DNA from: a virus
Taxonomy: Duplodnaviria; Caudoviricetes
DNA: 64,000 bases
Direction: 5' to 3' (one strand)
Virus record (IMG/VR): IMGVR_UViG_2881096153_000005
Coordinates: 1 to 64,000 of that record
A program made the translations under genes and the position numbers. Position 1 is the first letter of the stretch, and every line of letters begins with the position of its first letter. The notes beneath the pieces are model-generated. The model was not told where the DNA came from, did not search any database, and was given only the letters and a program-made list of their open reading frames with translations. Below, one piece after another: positions 9,323-19,872 of this stretch.

Positions 9323-10965
9323 AACCAACTGAACAACAAAAACTAATTCTTGATTACGATGGCAATTCGGTTATTATAGCTGCACCTGGTAGCGGTAAAA
9401 CATTTGTCATTTCCGAAAAAATAAAATGCCATTTAAGAAGTCTGCCTGAACATCAAGGTGTAATAGCAATTTCATATACAAACAAAGCAAGTATAGAACT
9501 AAAAAATAGAAGTCTTTCCAATGGCGATAACCCAAAAAGTTCTTTTTTTGGAACTATTGACAAATTCAATCTTTCAGAAATAATTATCCCATTTGCAAAA
9601 TATCTTTTTGGTGTTCCAAGTACTGATGTGAAAATAACTAAAATAACATCTTTATCTCATGACGAAATTGAAAATTTTAATTGGTTTAATAGAAAACTAA
9701 CTTTAGAAAAAATTTCCGACTCAAATATTGATTTGTTAAAGTCATATTTTCTAAAAGGGCTAATATTCATTGAATCCATTGGTGTTTTAGCAAACTACGT
9801 ATATACTAATTCTGTCGCCTGTCGAAATTACATAAGAGCAAGATATAAATTCATTTATATTGATGAGTACCAAGATTCAGGATTTGAGCAGCATCAAATT
9901 TTTCAAAAAATTAAACTTTTAAATATTAAAGCATTTGCAGTTGGCGACTTAAATCAATCTATCTATGCTTTTTCAGGGAAAGATGCAAAATACTTAGAAG
10001 AATTGACTAAGGATGAAACTTTTAAATATTTTAAATTGGACAAAAATCATCGCTGTCACCCTTCAATAATAAATTATTCAAACTATCTACTCAATCCAAA
10101 AACCGAATTAATTTCTACAGAAAATAATTTAATATTTTTTTCCAGAGTTAAGGGCAATGAGCAAGCGATTGCACAATGGTTAGACCAAAATATAAAAATT
10201 ACCCAGGAAGCCTTCAAAATTGAAAAACGCAACCAAATTGCAATATTAACACGGACAACTAGAACAGGTGAAATTATAAACAACGAGCTTAAAGAACCTC
10301 ATAAACTATCAGTCAGTAATGAATTAGACACGAACCTTAATGTGTGGTCATCAATATTCTCAAATTTACTAAGTTTTGGGTATGATAAAAACTATAAATT
10401 TAATGATGTTATTGAATTATTTACATCATATGACAATTTCAGCAATAGTGATTTACAAAAGCTTAAAAGTTCAAAAGAAAAAATTGTAAATTTTTTTTCA
10501 TCAAATACATTAAATAAAGAAGAACTAATTATCGAGTTCATAAATGTTGCTAAAATTATTGCCCCTAATTCAAAAGGACAAGAATCAATAGATCTATTGA
10601 AATCTGTATTAGAAAATGCTATAGAACTAAAATCATACGAACCAGCAAATGAAAACGAAGTCAATATATTGACTTTACATAAATCAAAAGGACTAGAATA
10701 TGATTTTGTTTTTCATTTAGACCTATATGAATGGGTGTTTCCAAATAAACAACCTGGAAATAATAACGATTTCAATAATCCTATTTATGGTGATTGGACA
10801 CAAGATCTGAACTTGCATTATGTTGGAATTACAAGAGCCAGAAAAGGATGTTGGCTAGTTTCAAGTACGCAAAGGACAAATAGTGAAGGTATATCGAAGA
10901 AAGGAAATGATTCTGAATTTATTTGGAAAGATAAAATTGAAGATTTGAGATTCCCTATTACATAG
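9319..10965 (+). CDS. gajB: Gabija GajB-like UvrD helicase
   Basis: AAPGSGKT, IDEYQD, VGDLNQSIY, TLHKSKGLEYD, YVGITRAR; 4-bp overlap with gajA. Confidence 0.85.
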   Translation: MKPTEQQKLILDYDGNSVIIAAPGSGKTFVISEKIKCHLRSLPEHQGVIAISYTNKASIELKNRSLSNGDNPKSSFFGTIDKFNLSEIIIPFAKYLFGVPSTDVKITKITSLSHDEIENFNWFNRKLTLEKISDSNIDLLKSYFLKGLIFIESIGVLANYVYTNSVACRNYIRARYKFIYIDEYQDSGFEQHQIFQKIKLLNIKAFAVGDLNQSIYAFSGKDAKYLEELTKDETFKYFKLDKNHRCHPSIINYSNYLLNPKTELISTENNLIFFSRVKGNEQAIAQWLDQNIKITQEAFKIEKRNQIAILTRTTRTGEIINNELKEPHKLSVSNELDTNLNVWSSIFSNLLSFGYDKNYKFNDVIELFTSYDNFSNSDLQKLKSSKEKIVNFFSSNTLNKEELIIEFINVAKIIAPNSKGQESIDLLKSVLENAIELKSYEPANENEVNILTLHKSKGLEYDFVFHLDLYEWVFPNKQPGNNNDFNNPIYGDWTQDLNLHYVGITRARKGCWLVSSTQRTNSEGISKKGNDSEFIWKDKIEDLRFPIT

Positions 10966-11382
10966 CTCTTTAACTAACTGAAAAAACCTAAATTTGGAAG
11001 AGTCAAATGAGAAAATTATTGTATCTAAGTACTCTTTTCAATTTAAATTGACGACCTATATTGCCAATCATCAGGCTAAAGTCAGGTCAAAATGCTCTTT
11101 CAGGAAACTAAGCAACAAAGCCGATTTGAAAGATAAAGAATAAAGAAGCTAAAACAGAAAAAGGACGACTAAAAAAACAACTAACCGCAAATAGCGGTTT
11201 TGAAAAAGCTTAGGTTTTGTGCTTCAAAGTAGGTAAAGTGCTTTATTGAAATTCTATAATTCTAATAAAGTTTAATTCTGAAAACCAACGTCTTTGCAAA
11301 GCAAAAAAAATATTTGGATTGATAACCGACCCATTTGAACAGTAGTACTAACTCGAAAAATTTATCAAGATATAAATAGATC

Positions 11383-12309
11383 GTGGATATATCAGCAATA
11401 GATAAAAAAATTTCTGAACTAACTACCAAGTTGAATAGTAAAGTTCCGAAAATGAAAAAGGATAAAGTAAAAATGGGTTCAATACCTGTTCACCTGAAGA
11501 AATATTATGCCGAAGAAATTGCGAAACTTGAAAAACAAAAAACTTACTTACAAAGCCTAGAAGAAGTTCATACAACAATCGATTGGAGCAATGTCAAATT
11601 TGAAAACTTTCAGATAAGAGTAATAATTAACGGGCAGTATTCAGAACCGTTTCAACTTTTGGAATCTCGTAGTTCCTATGAGTTTTTAAAACCTTATTTT
11701 TTAAAATCTGACTTGAATCCATTATCAGTTTCAATGCTGGGAAATAAAATTTCTTCAATAAGTGATTTATCTGAACTGAATTGTGTATTAAACATACTTT
11801 CAATTCAAGACGAAATCAATAACTATTTCAACGACTTCGAATCTACTACCATTGAAAAAATCTTATTAAAGCTGAAAAACATTTTGAACCAACATCTTTT
11901 TTACTTTTTCAAAATAAAGGAACGAAGTTTATACCTTAATTTTTTATGCGAGATTCAAAGCAATGATTTCAAAATTATCCCAACGACAGAAATTTTATTG
12001 AGTAACGATAAAGTTATTTCGCACGAGGAAACTTTTCTTTTCACAGTAAAGAATCCAAAGTACGTTTATATCATTTGGGAAAGCACTCTTATAAACAGAG
12101 CAACTTACATTTTTCAAACAAGCGACAACTCCTACACAGAAGATGTGCAAAGATTATTTGACTTCATTGCATCAGGAGAAAATAGTAAGAGGAGAAAACT
12201 TAGATATTCAATTAAAACAACGGAAAATCCTTTTAAAAGTATTGGAATAATTCAACATTCAAACATTGACGGATGGAAAATGAAAATAAAAAGTTTGGTG
12301 CAGAAATGA
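11383..12309 (+). CDS. Hypothetical 308-aa protein in the defence island
   Basis: Long AT-rich ORF with no recognised motif. Confidence 0.7.
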   Translation: MDISAIDKKISELTTKLNSKVPKMKKDKVKMGSIPVHLKKYYAEEIAKLEKQKTYLQSLEEVHTTIDWSNVKFENFQIRVIINGQYSEPFQLLESRSSYEFLKPYFLKSDLNPLSVSMLGNKISSISDLSELNCVLNILSIQDEINNYFNDFESTTIEKILLKLKNILNQHLFYFFKIKERSLYLNFLCEIQSNDFKIIPTTEILLSNDKVISHEETFLFTVKNPKYVYIIWESTLINRATYIFQTSDNSYTEDVQRLFDFIASGENSKRRKLRYSIKTTENPFKSIGIIQHSNIDGWKMKIKSLVQK

Positions 12310-12607
12310 TACCATGCGATCCTTCATCAATCAACTAAAAGATCGTTGTGCTTACTTGTTTGGCTGCTTCGGAAAGACAGCAGCACATTCACAAAACAAT
12401 ACTGATGCAAAAGCGTGGGTTTTGTGTTAAAGCTCAGTTCTTCAATTGAACATTAGTACCAAAATCCCTCCAAAGCAAAATCCAGACTCTCAGCCGAAAC
12501 AGCCAGTCTTCCCCCTCACCCATCATAAATTTCTCCTTGGAAGCTGAAAAATTGACCGTGGTAAACTATCTTGTGACCCCTACAAGATTTTTAACTAATT
12601 CCACGAT

Positions 12608-14371
12608 ATGCCTACCCTTCATTGGATCGGAAAAGATAAGGTGGTTAACCATCATCTGGATGTTCCCTACCGAGTACTGAATCACGAATATGGTTTTTCT
12701 GGCGATTCCGGTAAGACAAGAACGCCTACCCAGAGCGGTAACAAGATTATCCACGGCGACAATCTTGAAGCCCTCAAAGCCCTCTTGCCAGAGTACGAAG
12801 GCAAAGTCAATTGCATCTACATTGACCCACCATATAACACCGGAAACGAGGGATGGGTCTACAATGATAACGTCAATGACCCCAAAATAAAGAAATGGCT
12901 GGCCACTGTTGTCGGCAAGGAAGGCGAAGATTTGACAAGGCATGATAAGTGGCTTTGCATGATGTATCCTAGATTGATGCTTCTAAGTAAATTACTGTCT
13001 CAAGATGGTAGAATGGTCATTAGTATCGGATATCAAGAGGTTTTTAACCTAATCCAAATTTGTAATGAGATTTTTGCTAAAAAGCAAATAGTCTGCATAA
13101 CAATTCAGACTTCTGGTGGAAAGCCTGCTGGTGGGTTTAATTTTCAACATGAGTATTTAATTTTCATTGTACCATATGACTTTAAACCAAATCCATTGCT
13201 ATTTACAGGTGGCAAGTTAAGGACACCTTTTGAAGGATTGACATTAGCCACTTTTGATAAGACTCAAAGGCCTAATCAAACTTATCCTATATTTATCAAT
13301 ACTGATAACGGCACTCTTGCTGGAATCGGAGAATCTCTTCATGAAAGAATAAAAACAGGAGAGTATATCGACAAACCAGAAAATTTTCCATTTGATTACA
13401 ATGAGGCGCCAGAAGGTACAGTCGCGATTTGGCCAACCACCTCAAAAGGGAAAGACTGTGTATGGCGTTTAAGCCCAGCAAGATTGCTTAAAGATTGGGA
13501 AAAAGGCTATATCAAAATAAGTAAAAATAGATCTAAGAAAAGTCAGAATAAATATAGTATTCAATATTTACCTGATGGGGTAATAAAAAAAATTGAATCT
13601 GGAAAACTTGAAGTAAATGGAAAAGAACCTGCAGCTCCCACTTTAACATTTGGTAGTAATCTTACTGTGGGAAGTGAAATACCAACTCTATGGCAGGAAA
13701 AAGATTTCTATACTGTAAAAGGGACTACACAGTTAAGTCAAATTTTCAGTAAGAAGCTATTTAATTATCCAAAGCCACTAGAACTAATAACTGAAATTTT
13801 GAGATCAATCAGTTCTCTGGATGATATTATCTTGGATTCCTTTGCTGGTTCTGGCACAACAGGTAATGCCACACTGAAATTAAATTTGGAAGATTCTGGT
13901 ACGCGAAACTTTATACTAATTGAAATGGAAGAATATGCCGAAACTACAACTGCTGAGCGGGTCAAGCGGGTCATTAATGGCTATGGAGAAGGCGAAAAAG
14001 CCGTGGAAGGTACCGGAGGGATCTTTGACTACTACACGCTTGGGGAGCCGCTATTTGATGAATACGATAATCTAAATGAAAGTGTTGGCACGGAACGGAT
14101 CCGGCAGTATGTGTGGTATTCTGAAACCCGTACAGCCTATGAATCTCAGGCAGCGGGCGAATACCTACTGGGAAAAAAGGATGAATGCGCCTACTATTTT
14201 TTCTATGAACCCGATGCTATGACTGAGCTGAATTTTGATTTTCTGGCTCTCGTCAAAGTCAAGGCAGATCAGTATGTAATTTATGCTGATAACTGCCTGC
14301 TTTCAGAGGAATTCATGTTAGCCAAAAATATAATTTTTAAGAAAATTCCACGCGATATAACCCGCTTCTAA
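12608..14371 (+). CDS. mod: Type III R-M methyltransferase (Mod)
   Basis: IYIDPPYNTG and LDSFAGSGTT motifs in beta order; adjacent to res. Confidence 0.9.
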   Translation: MPTLHWIGKDKVVNHHLDVPYRVLNHEYGFSGDSGKTRTPTQSGNKIIHGDNLEALKALLPEYEGKVNCIYIDPPYNTGNEGWVYNDNVNDPKIKKWLATVVGKEGEDLTRHDKWLCMMYPRLMLLSKLLSQDGRMVISIGYQEVFNLIQICNEIFAKKQIVCITIQTSGGKPAGGFNFQHEYLIFIVPYDFKPNPLLFTGGKLRTPFEGLTLATFDKTQRPNQTYPIFINTDNGTLAGIGESLHERIKTGEYIDKPENFPFDYNEAPEGTVAIWPTTSKGKDCVWRLSPARLLKDWEKGYIKISKNRSKKSQNKYSIQYLPDGVIKKIESGKLEVNGKEPAAPTLTFGSNLTVGSEIPTLWQEKDFYTVKGTTQLSQIFSKKLFNYPKPLELITEILRSISSLDDIILDSFAGSGTTGNATLKLNLEDSGTRNFILIEMEEYAETTTAERVKRVINGYGEGEKAVEGTGGIFDYYTLGEPLFDEYDNLNESVGTERIRQYVWYSETRTAYESQAAGEYLLGKKDECAYYFFYEPDAMTELNFDFLALVKVKADQYVIYADNCLLSEEFMLAKNIIFKKIPRDITRF

Positions 14372-14376
14372 ACCAT

Positions 14377-17022
14377 ATGGAGTTAAAAAGCTACCAACAG
14401 GATGTCCTGAACGACCTTCGCACCTATTTTGATTACCTTACTACCATGCAGGATCCGGCGAAAGCCTTTGATACGTATTGGGAGGAGCGGTTGGGTCCAT
14501 ACAATCCGATTACCCGCAAAGGCATGCGGCCCTACTTGAAAACGATTCCAAAAGCCGTGCATTTGTGCGTGAAAGTTCCTACTGCTGGCGGGAAAACGTT
14601 TATTGCCTGCAATGCGCTAAAAGTGATTTTTGATCGAATGCCGAAGGAGGATCCAAAGGTTGTGGTATGGCTTGTACCCTGGAGCAACCTGCTGGATCAA
14701 ACTGTTAATAGTCTAAGTGACCCTAACCATCCCTACCGGCAGAAGATCAATACACTATTCAACCATCGGGTAGACGTTTACGATAAGAATAAACTATTGC
14801 AAGGGGCAAGTTTTAACCCCGGGGTTGTTAGAGAACAGCTCAGTATCATTGTTATGAGCTTTGCCAGCCTGCGGGCTCGAAACAAAGATGATCGGAAAGT
14901 GTATCAGGAAAATGGTCAATTGGCTTCTTTTGTCGATCAATTGACTGATAAGGAGCACGTTTTAGAAAATACGGACGAGTCTGCCTTGATCAATATAATT
15001 CGCAGTTTTAATCCCGTAGTAGTAGTTGACGAAAGCCATAACGCCGAAAGTGATCTAAGCGTGGAAATGCTTAAAGCTCTGAATCCAAGCTATATTCTTG
15101 ATCTTACAGCGACTCCCAAAGAAAATTCAAATATTGTAAGTATGGTGTCGGCCATGAAGCTCAAAAAAGAGCACATGGTCAAGTTGCCAATTATTGCCTA
15201 CAACCATAGGGAGAAAACGGAAGTGATTGACAGTGCCCTGCACTTACGGCAGAGTCTGGAACAAATGGCAATTGCCGAACAGAAAGCAGGCGGTAAGTAT
15301 ATCAGGCCTATCGTTCTATTCCAGGCACAGCCCAAAACTGGTGAGGAAAATACGACTTTTGAGAAGTTAAAAGCACTATTGATTAAAGCAAAAATTCCGG
15401 AAGAACAGATCAAGATCAAAACTGCCACGATCAATGAACTGAAAGGCGTTGACCTGCTTTCCCCTGATTGCCAGGTTCGCTACATCATTACAGTGAATGC
15501 TTTGAAAGAAGGCTGGGATTGTCCCTTTGCCTATATTTTAGCTTCTTTGGCTGATCGATCATCGGCAGTAGATGTGGAACAAATTGTTGGCCGGGTTCTT
15601 CGCCAACCCTATGTTACTGCCCATAAGCAGACACTCCTCAATATGTCGTATGTATTGACTGCCTCCCTGAAATTTGAAAACACTTTACAAAATATCATTC
15701 AGGGTTTGCAGGCCGCAGGGTTTAGTGAGAAAGATTATAGGGCCGAGAACAAAGTGACGCCGGAGGATATAGCTCAGGCAAAGGAAAAAGAAATTCAAAA
15801 GGAGTTATTTGCAGAAAGTACAGAAACCACTGCTGATGATATTGACCCTGAAAAAATAACGTTTGATCCAGAGGAAATTAGTGAACAGCCCGCACCTGGG
15901 GTAAGTACTACAATAGAAGAAATAATTGGCCTTGCTCATGAGGAATCGGAAAAGACGGAGGAGCAAATGAAGAATTTACGCGCAAATCCAACCGATCCTA
16001 TATTCACTGAAATGGCTGACAAAGTAGTATTTTACCCTATGCGAGCAGATGTTGAAGCTCACGCTAAAGCCGTAATTCTCCCCAAATTTTACCTGAAAAT
16101 TCCTTCGGGCGGCTTGCTGGAGGGTATGAATGAGAACATAGAAGTGAATAAAAATGCGCTTCTGGAAGGATTCCGCTTGGTGAAGAAAGATACAGAGATC
16201 AATTTTGAAGCTTTGGCGACGGAAGTGTATAAAATTGATATTGAATCAGGAGCCACAACCGAAAGTTATCGACCTACTGCATCGAAAATCAAAAAAGGTG
16301 ATGCGCGAAACTTGTTGATGGAGCATATCCTATCAAGGCCTAAAAGTAATCAGGTAAAAGACATTGCCCATATGCTCCGGAAGCACCTGGGAGATTTGAG
16401 CCCGGTATCAGAACAGGATGTGACCAAATATCTTACGAAAGTTTTGGAGGATATGTCAACCGAAGAGTTTACTGAAATTCTTAATCGTGAATTACTCTTT
16501 GGCCGGATACTTAAGCAGAAAATCCAGGGCTTTATGGATGAGTATGCAGAAAAGCAATTTGGTGATTATCTAGAAACAGGTAAAATTTTCATGAAACCAG
16601 TTTGGAAATTTCCAGAGCAAATTGTCCCAGGAATGGTAGGGCCCAGTATCGTGCGGTCGCTGTATGAGAAGGAAGGGAGCGTCAATAACTTCGAGCACAA
16701 AATCATACTTGAAGTGGCCAGCATGGATAATGTAGCTTTTTGGCACCGGAACCTCGGCCGTGGAAAAGGCTTCGCAATCAACGGATTTAAATCCAACCAT
16801 TACCCTGACTTTATTATACTGACACAATCGGGAAACCTGATTGTACTGGAAACCAAAGGGGATGACCGCGACAACTCGGACAGTCAGGCCAAGGTACGGC
16901 TCGGGAACACCTGGGCTATTCGTGCCGGTCAAAAGTTCAAATACTACATGGTGTTTGAAAAAAACAGCATCGACGGAGCCTACACCTGGGATAGGTTTAA
17001 GGAGCTGATGGAGGGATTGTGA
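14377..17022 (+). CDS. res: Type III R-M restriction helicase/endonuclease (Res)
   Basis: VPTAGGKT, VDESH, ALKEGWDCP, C-terminal YPDFII...LETKG nuclease motif. Confidence 0.9.
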   Translation: MELKSYQQDVLNDLRTYFDYLTTMQDPAKAFDTYWEERLGPYNPITRKGMRPYLKTIPKAVHLCVKVPTAGGKTFIACNALKVIFDRMPKEDPKVVVWLVPWSNLLDQTVNSLSDPNHPYRQKINTLFNHRVDVYDKNKLLQGASFNPGVVREQLSIIVMSFASLRARNKDDRKVYQENGQLASFVDQLTDKEHVLENTDESALINIIRSFNPVVVVDESHNAESDLSVEMLKALNPSYILDLTATPKENSNIVSMVSAMKLKKEHMVKLPIIAYNHREKTEVIDSALHLRQSLEQMAIAEQKAGGKYIRPIVLFQAQPKTGEENTTFEKLKALLIKAKIPEEQIKIKTATINELKGVDLLSPDCQVRYIITVNALKEGWDCPFAYILASLADRSSAVDVEQIVGRVLRQPYVTAHKQTLLNMSYVLTASLKFENTLQNIIQGLQAAGFSEKDYRAENKVTPEDIAQAKEKEIQKELFAESTETTADDIDPEKITFDPEEISEQPAPGVSTTIEEIIGLAHEESEKTEEQMKNLRANPTDPIFTEMADKVVFYPMRADVEAHAKAVILPKFYLKIPSGGLLEGMNENIEVNKNALLEGFRLVKKDTEINFEALATEVYKIDIESGATTESYRPTASKIKKGDARNLLMEHILSRPKSNQVKDIAHMLRKHLGDLSPVSEQDVTKYLTKVLEDMSTEEFTEILNRELLFGRILKQKIQGFMDEYAEKQFGDYLETGKIFMKPVWKFPEQIVPGMVGPSIVRSLYEKEGSVNNFEHKIILEVASMDNVAFWHRNLGRGKGFAINGFKSNHYPDFIILTQSGNLIVLETKGDDRDNSDSQAKVRLGNTWAIRAGQKFKYYMVFEKNSIDGAYTWDRFKELMEGL

Positions 17023-17051
17023 GAAAAGCAATAATGTAAATCCATTCACAT

Positions 17052-18158
17052 ATGAACAAAGTTACTTATTTAATCGGAGCGGGTGCCAGTGCCAATGCTT
17101 TGCCGGTGGTTAATGGCATTCCTGAAAAAATGGCAGAAATGCGAAATAAATTTGACGGAATTAGTTTTAGCAATAGAGAGTTTTTTTCATTCGATACTCT
17201 GAAAGAATGTAATAAACAAGAATGTAAAAATATATTTCTTGCTGATTTAGATAAAATTAGGCTTGCCATTGAAGATCATGCAAGTGCTGACACCTACGCA
17301 AAAAAGCTTTTTTTACAGAATGATACGGAAGGACTTGTGCGTTTAAAATTGATGCTATCCATTTTGTTTAGTATAGCTCAATCAAGACATGCTGGTGTTG
17401 ATAAAAGGTATGATGCCTTTTTTGCTTCTATACTTAATCGCCTAGATGAATTTCCGACTAACTTACGAATACTTTCATGGAATTATGACCAACAGTTTGA
17501 AATGGGGTATGCACGTTTTAGCAAAAGAGGTTTAGAAGATGCACATCAAACTTTACGTGTTCAATTTAAACATCTTGGAAAAAGTCTTCATAATAACTAT
17601 AATGCTGACAAGTTTTCAATTATTAAGCTAAATGGCTCAACCGGCCTTGTTGGTGATAATAGAAATTATCGGTCGCTACTAAGTGATTACAGAGTTTCCA
17701 AAGAACAGAATAATGAAATTGATCCTAATGAGGGGTTCAGATATAATAGTAACCAAGCTGAATACTTATTATGTAAATATCATGAAATGCTATATCCCTT
17801 CCGAAAGAATCAAAATCCTGATATGGAACCTCTAATGTCTTTTGCCTGGGAAGATGAATTTTTTGATTCAAACCATATAAAGACAAAGGCTGTAGAATCA
17901 TGTATAAAAGCAAATACACTTGTGGTAATTGGCTATTCTTTCCCTTACTTCAATCGAGAAACTGATAAGATGTTGTTCGACAATATGAGGAGTTTGAAGA
18001 AGATCTATATTCAAGATAAATATCCACAAGATGTAAAAGATCGAATTTTGACACTTATGCCTACTGAGAAATCTCCGGAAAATCAAAAAATCTCTCCACT
18101 TCCAGAATTTGTTTTCATTACAAACTTAGATCAATTTGTGATTCCACACGAGTTGTGA
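17052..18158 (+). CDS. SIR2-like domain protein
   Basis: YLIGAGASA, SWNYD, IKLNGS, VIGYSFP motifs. Confidence 0.7.
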   Translation: MNKVTYLIGAGASANALPVVNGIPEKMAEMRNKFDGISFSNREFFSFDTLKECNKQECKNIFLADLDKIRLAIEDHASADTYAKKLFLQNDTEGLVRLKLMLSILFSIAQSRHAGVDKRYDAFFASILNRLDEFPTNLRILSWNYDQQFEMGYARFSKRGLEDAHQTLRVQFKHLGKSLHNNYNADKFSIIKLNGSTGLVGDNRNYRSLLSDYRVSKEQNNEIDPNEGFRYNSNQAEYLLCKYHEMLYPFRKNQNPDMEPLMSFAWEDEFFDSNHIKTKAVESCIKANTLVVIGYSFPYFNRETDKMLFDNMRSLKKIYIQDKYPQDVKDRILTLMPTEKSPENQKISPLPEFVFITNLDQFVIPHEL

Positions 18159-18224
18159 TAATAATCCTAACGGATGTTTTAAATCATCTTAATTTTCTGA
18201 CTGTACCCTCAAAAAACCACTAAA

Positions 18225-18722
18225 ATGAAAAAAATCCTAACTATCCTACTTGCATTCTTTATTTTCTCCTGCCAATCGAAAAAGGAAGAATCTCCTGAAA
18301 TGGTTTTGCTGCGAGAACAAAACGAACTACTCAAAAAGCAACTTGAAGAAGCTGAAAAATCTAAAACTGAGATTAAACAGAAAGTTGTAGAACAAGCCAA
18401 AATCCAGAAAGTAAAAAAGGTCGTTATTGACGATGATAGAATAAAGCAAGACTTACTAGGGCGGAGATTCGAGTATTTACAACCTGGCTTAGTTAGGATT
18501 AGGAAAACCTGGGAATTTGCCTCCCTATCTGAATTCATTACGTTCAGTGTAGAGAATGAAATAACAAAGGAAGATTATATTGAAAAAACTATCTCCATGA
18601 CTTTGGAAGATAACCGAAGTGGTCAAAAGCATTATTGCAAAATGCTTGTTAGCTATTCAAAATCAGGTAATGAATGGATTATGGTCAGAAATGATGTATT
18701 GAAGTTTAATAACATTGATTGA
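18225..18722 (+). CDS. Lipoprotein of unknown function
   Basis: Lipobox MKKILTILLAFFIFSC followed by a coiled coil. Confidence 0.7.
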   Translation: MKKILTILLAFFIFSCQSKKEESPEMVLLREQNELLKKQLEEAEKSKTEIKQKVVEQAKIQKVKKVVIDDDRIKQDLLGRRFEYLQPGLVRIRKTWEFASLSEFITFSVENEITKEDYIEKTISMTLEDNRSGQKHYCKMLVSYSKSGNEWIMVRNDVLKFNNID

Positions 18723-18749
18723 TTTTACGGAATAGAAATTAATAATTTT

Positions 18750-19022
18750 ATGCAAAAAAATAATGAATCTTCCGATAAGCTAGAATACTGGATAAAATTA
18801 TTATTTTGGATGAGTTGTAATACCATACTTGGCTGGATGGCTAGCAAAGTTAGTTGGGTTTTAGGTTTCACTTGGTTAGATGAAGATGGATTTATTTTTG
18901 AATTCCTACATGGAACTATTATTCTAGGATTACTTTATCCGATTGTCTTAACAGTAGGACCCATAATGGATGCAGCCGTTAAACTCGAAAAAATTTACTT
19001 TACTGAGGATAAGAATTTATAA
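18750..19022 (+). CDS. Small two-TM membrane protein
   Basis: Two hydrophobic segments. Confidence 0.55.
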   Translation: MQKNNESSDKLEYWIKLLFWMSCNTILGWMASKVSWVLGFTWLDEDGFIFEFLHGTIILGLLYPIVLTVGPIMDAAVKLEKIYFTEDKNL

Positions 19023-19056
19023 TCCTTGGCCTTTGTCTCACAGGCCTATTTTGTAT

Positions 19057-19191
19057 GGTCCAAAAACCCATACCTTTCTGAACCCTGCCCACCGGCAGGG
19101 TTCTTTGCTTTTGTGGCCTGCCAAAGTAGGGTTCAAAAAGTAGGTTCAGTTCAAAAACATGCGCTATCTTTATGGACCTAACTTTATGACC
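19057..19191 (+). promoter_or_regulatory. res-like site for the resolvase
   Basis: GGTCCAAAAA-N8-TTTCTGAACC inverted pair (19057-19084) plus further GGTTCAAAAA, GTTCAAAAA and TTTATGGACC half-sites just upstream of the gene. Confidence 0.6.
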
Positions 19192-19210
19192 GCTTCTACA
19201 GACCTACTCT

Positions 19211-19774
19211 ATGAATCAAATATTCGGATACGCTCGTGTGTCGACAGCTGACCAAATTACAGACACCCAAATTGATGCTTTACAGAAATTCGGCTGTGAT
19301 CGCATTTTTAAAGAGAAAATTTCCGGACTTTCCGTTCAACGTCCAGCCCTGGACGAAATGCTATCTCTCCTGCGGGAAGGTGATACTGTCGTGGTTTCCC
19401 GCTTTAACCGATTAGGCCGAAGCCGGGATCACTTGATTAGTCTGATTGGTGAGTTCTCTAAACGCGGCATCATCTTCAAAGCCCTGGACCTGGGAATTGA
19501 TTCTTCTACACCTTCGGGAAAACTGGTCATCGGCATCTTTGCCGCCTTAGCTGAATATGATCGGGAGATGATTCTTGAAAAGACCCGCGCCGGCCAAATA
19601 CTGGCAAAGGCAAAAGGAAAGCACATTGGCCGGCCATCCGGAGCAAATCAGGAGAATTATACAAAAGTGAAGAAAGCTATAGATAAGGGTTTATCTGTGA
19701 TCGAAATTGTACAACTGACCGGCATCAGCATTTCCAGCGTAAAGAGGTACCGAAAGGAAATTTCCAGATCGTAA
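19211..19774 (+). CDS. Serine recombinase (resolvase/invertase family)
   Basis: FGYARVST..Q, RFNRLGRS, GRPS, C-terminal HTH. Confidence 0.92.
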   Translation: MNQIFGYARVSTADQITDTQIDALQKFGCDRIFKEKISGLSVQRPALDEMLSLLREGDTVVVSRFNRLGRSRDHLISLIGEFSKRGIIFKALDLGIDSSTPSGKLVIGIFAALAEYDREMILEKTRAGQILAKAKGKHIGRPSGANQENYTKVKKAIDKGLSVIEIVQLTGISISSVKRYRKEISRS

Positions 19775-19872
19775 GTTTTTGAATTTTACTTTACAAAGAA
19801 GCTGCCCAGAGCTGTACCGTACTTTGCACGCGCTTCTTCCTAATCTTATGGGTGAAAGAATAAGGTATGGGA

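Noticed and set aside
19211-19774. Gin/Cin-type tail-fibre inversion system
   Set aside because: No fibre genes or paired inverted crossover sites nearby; the upstream site looks like a multi-subsite res
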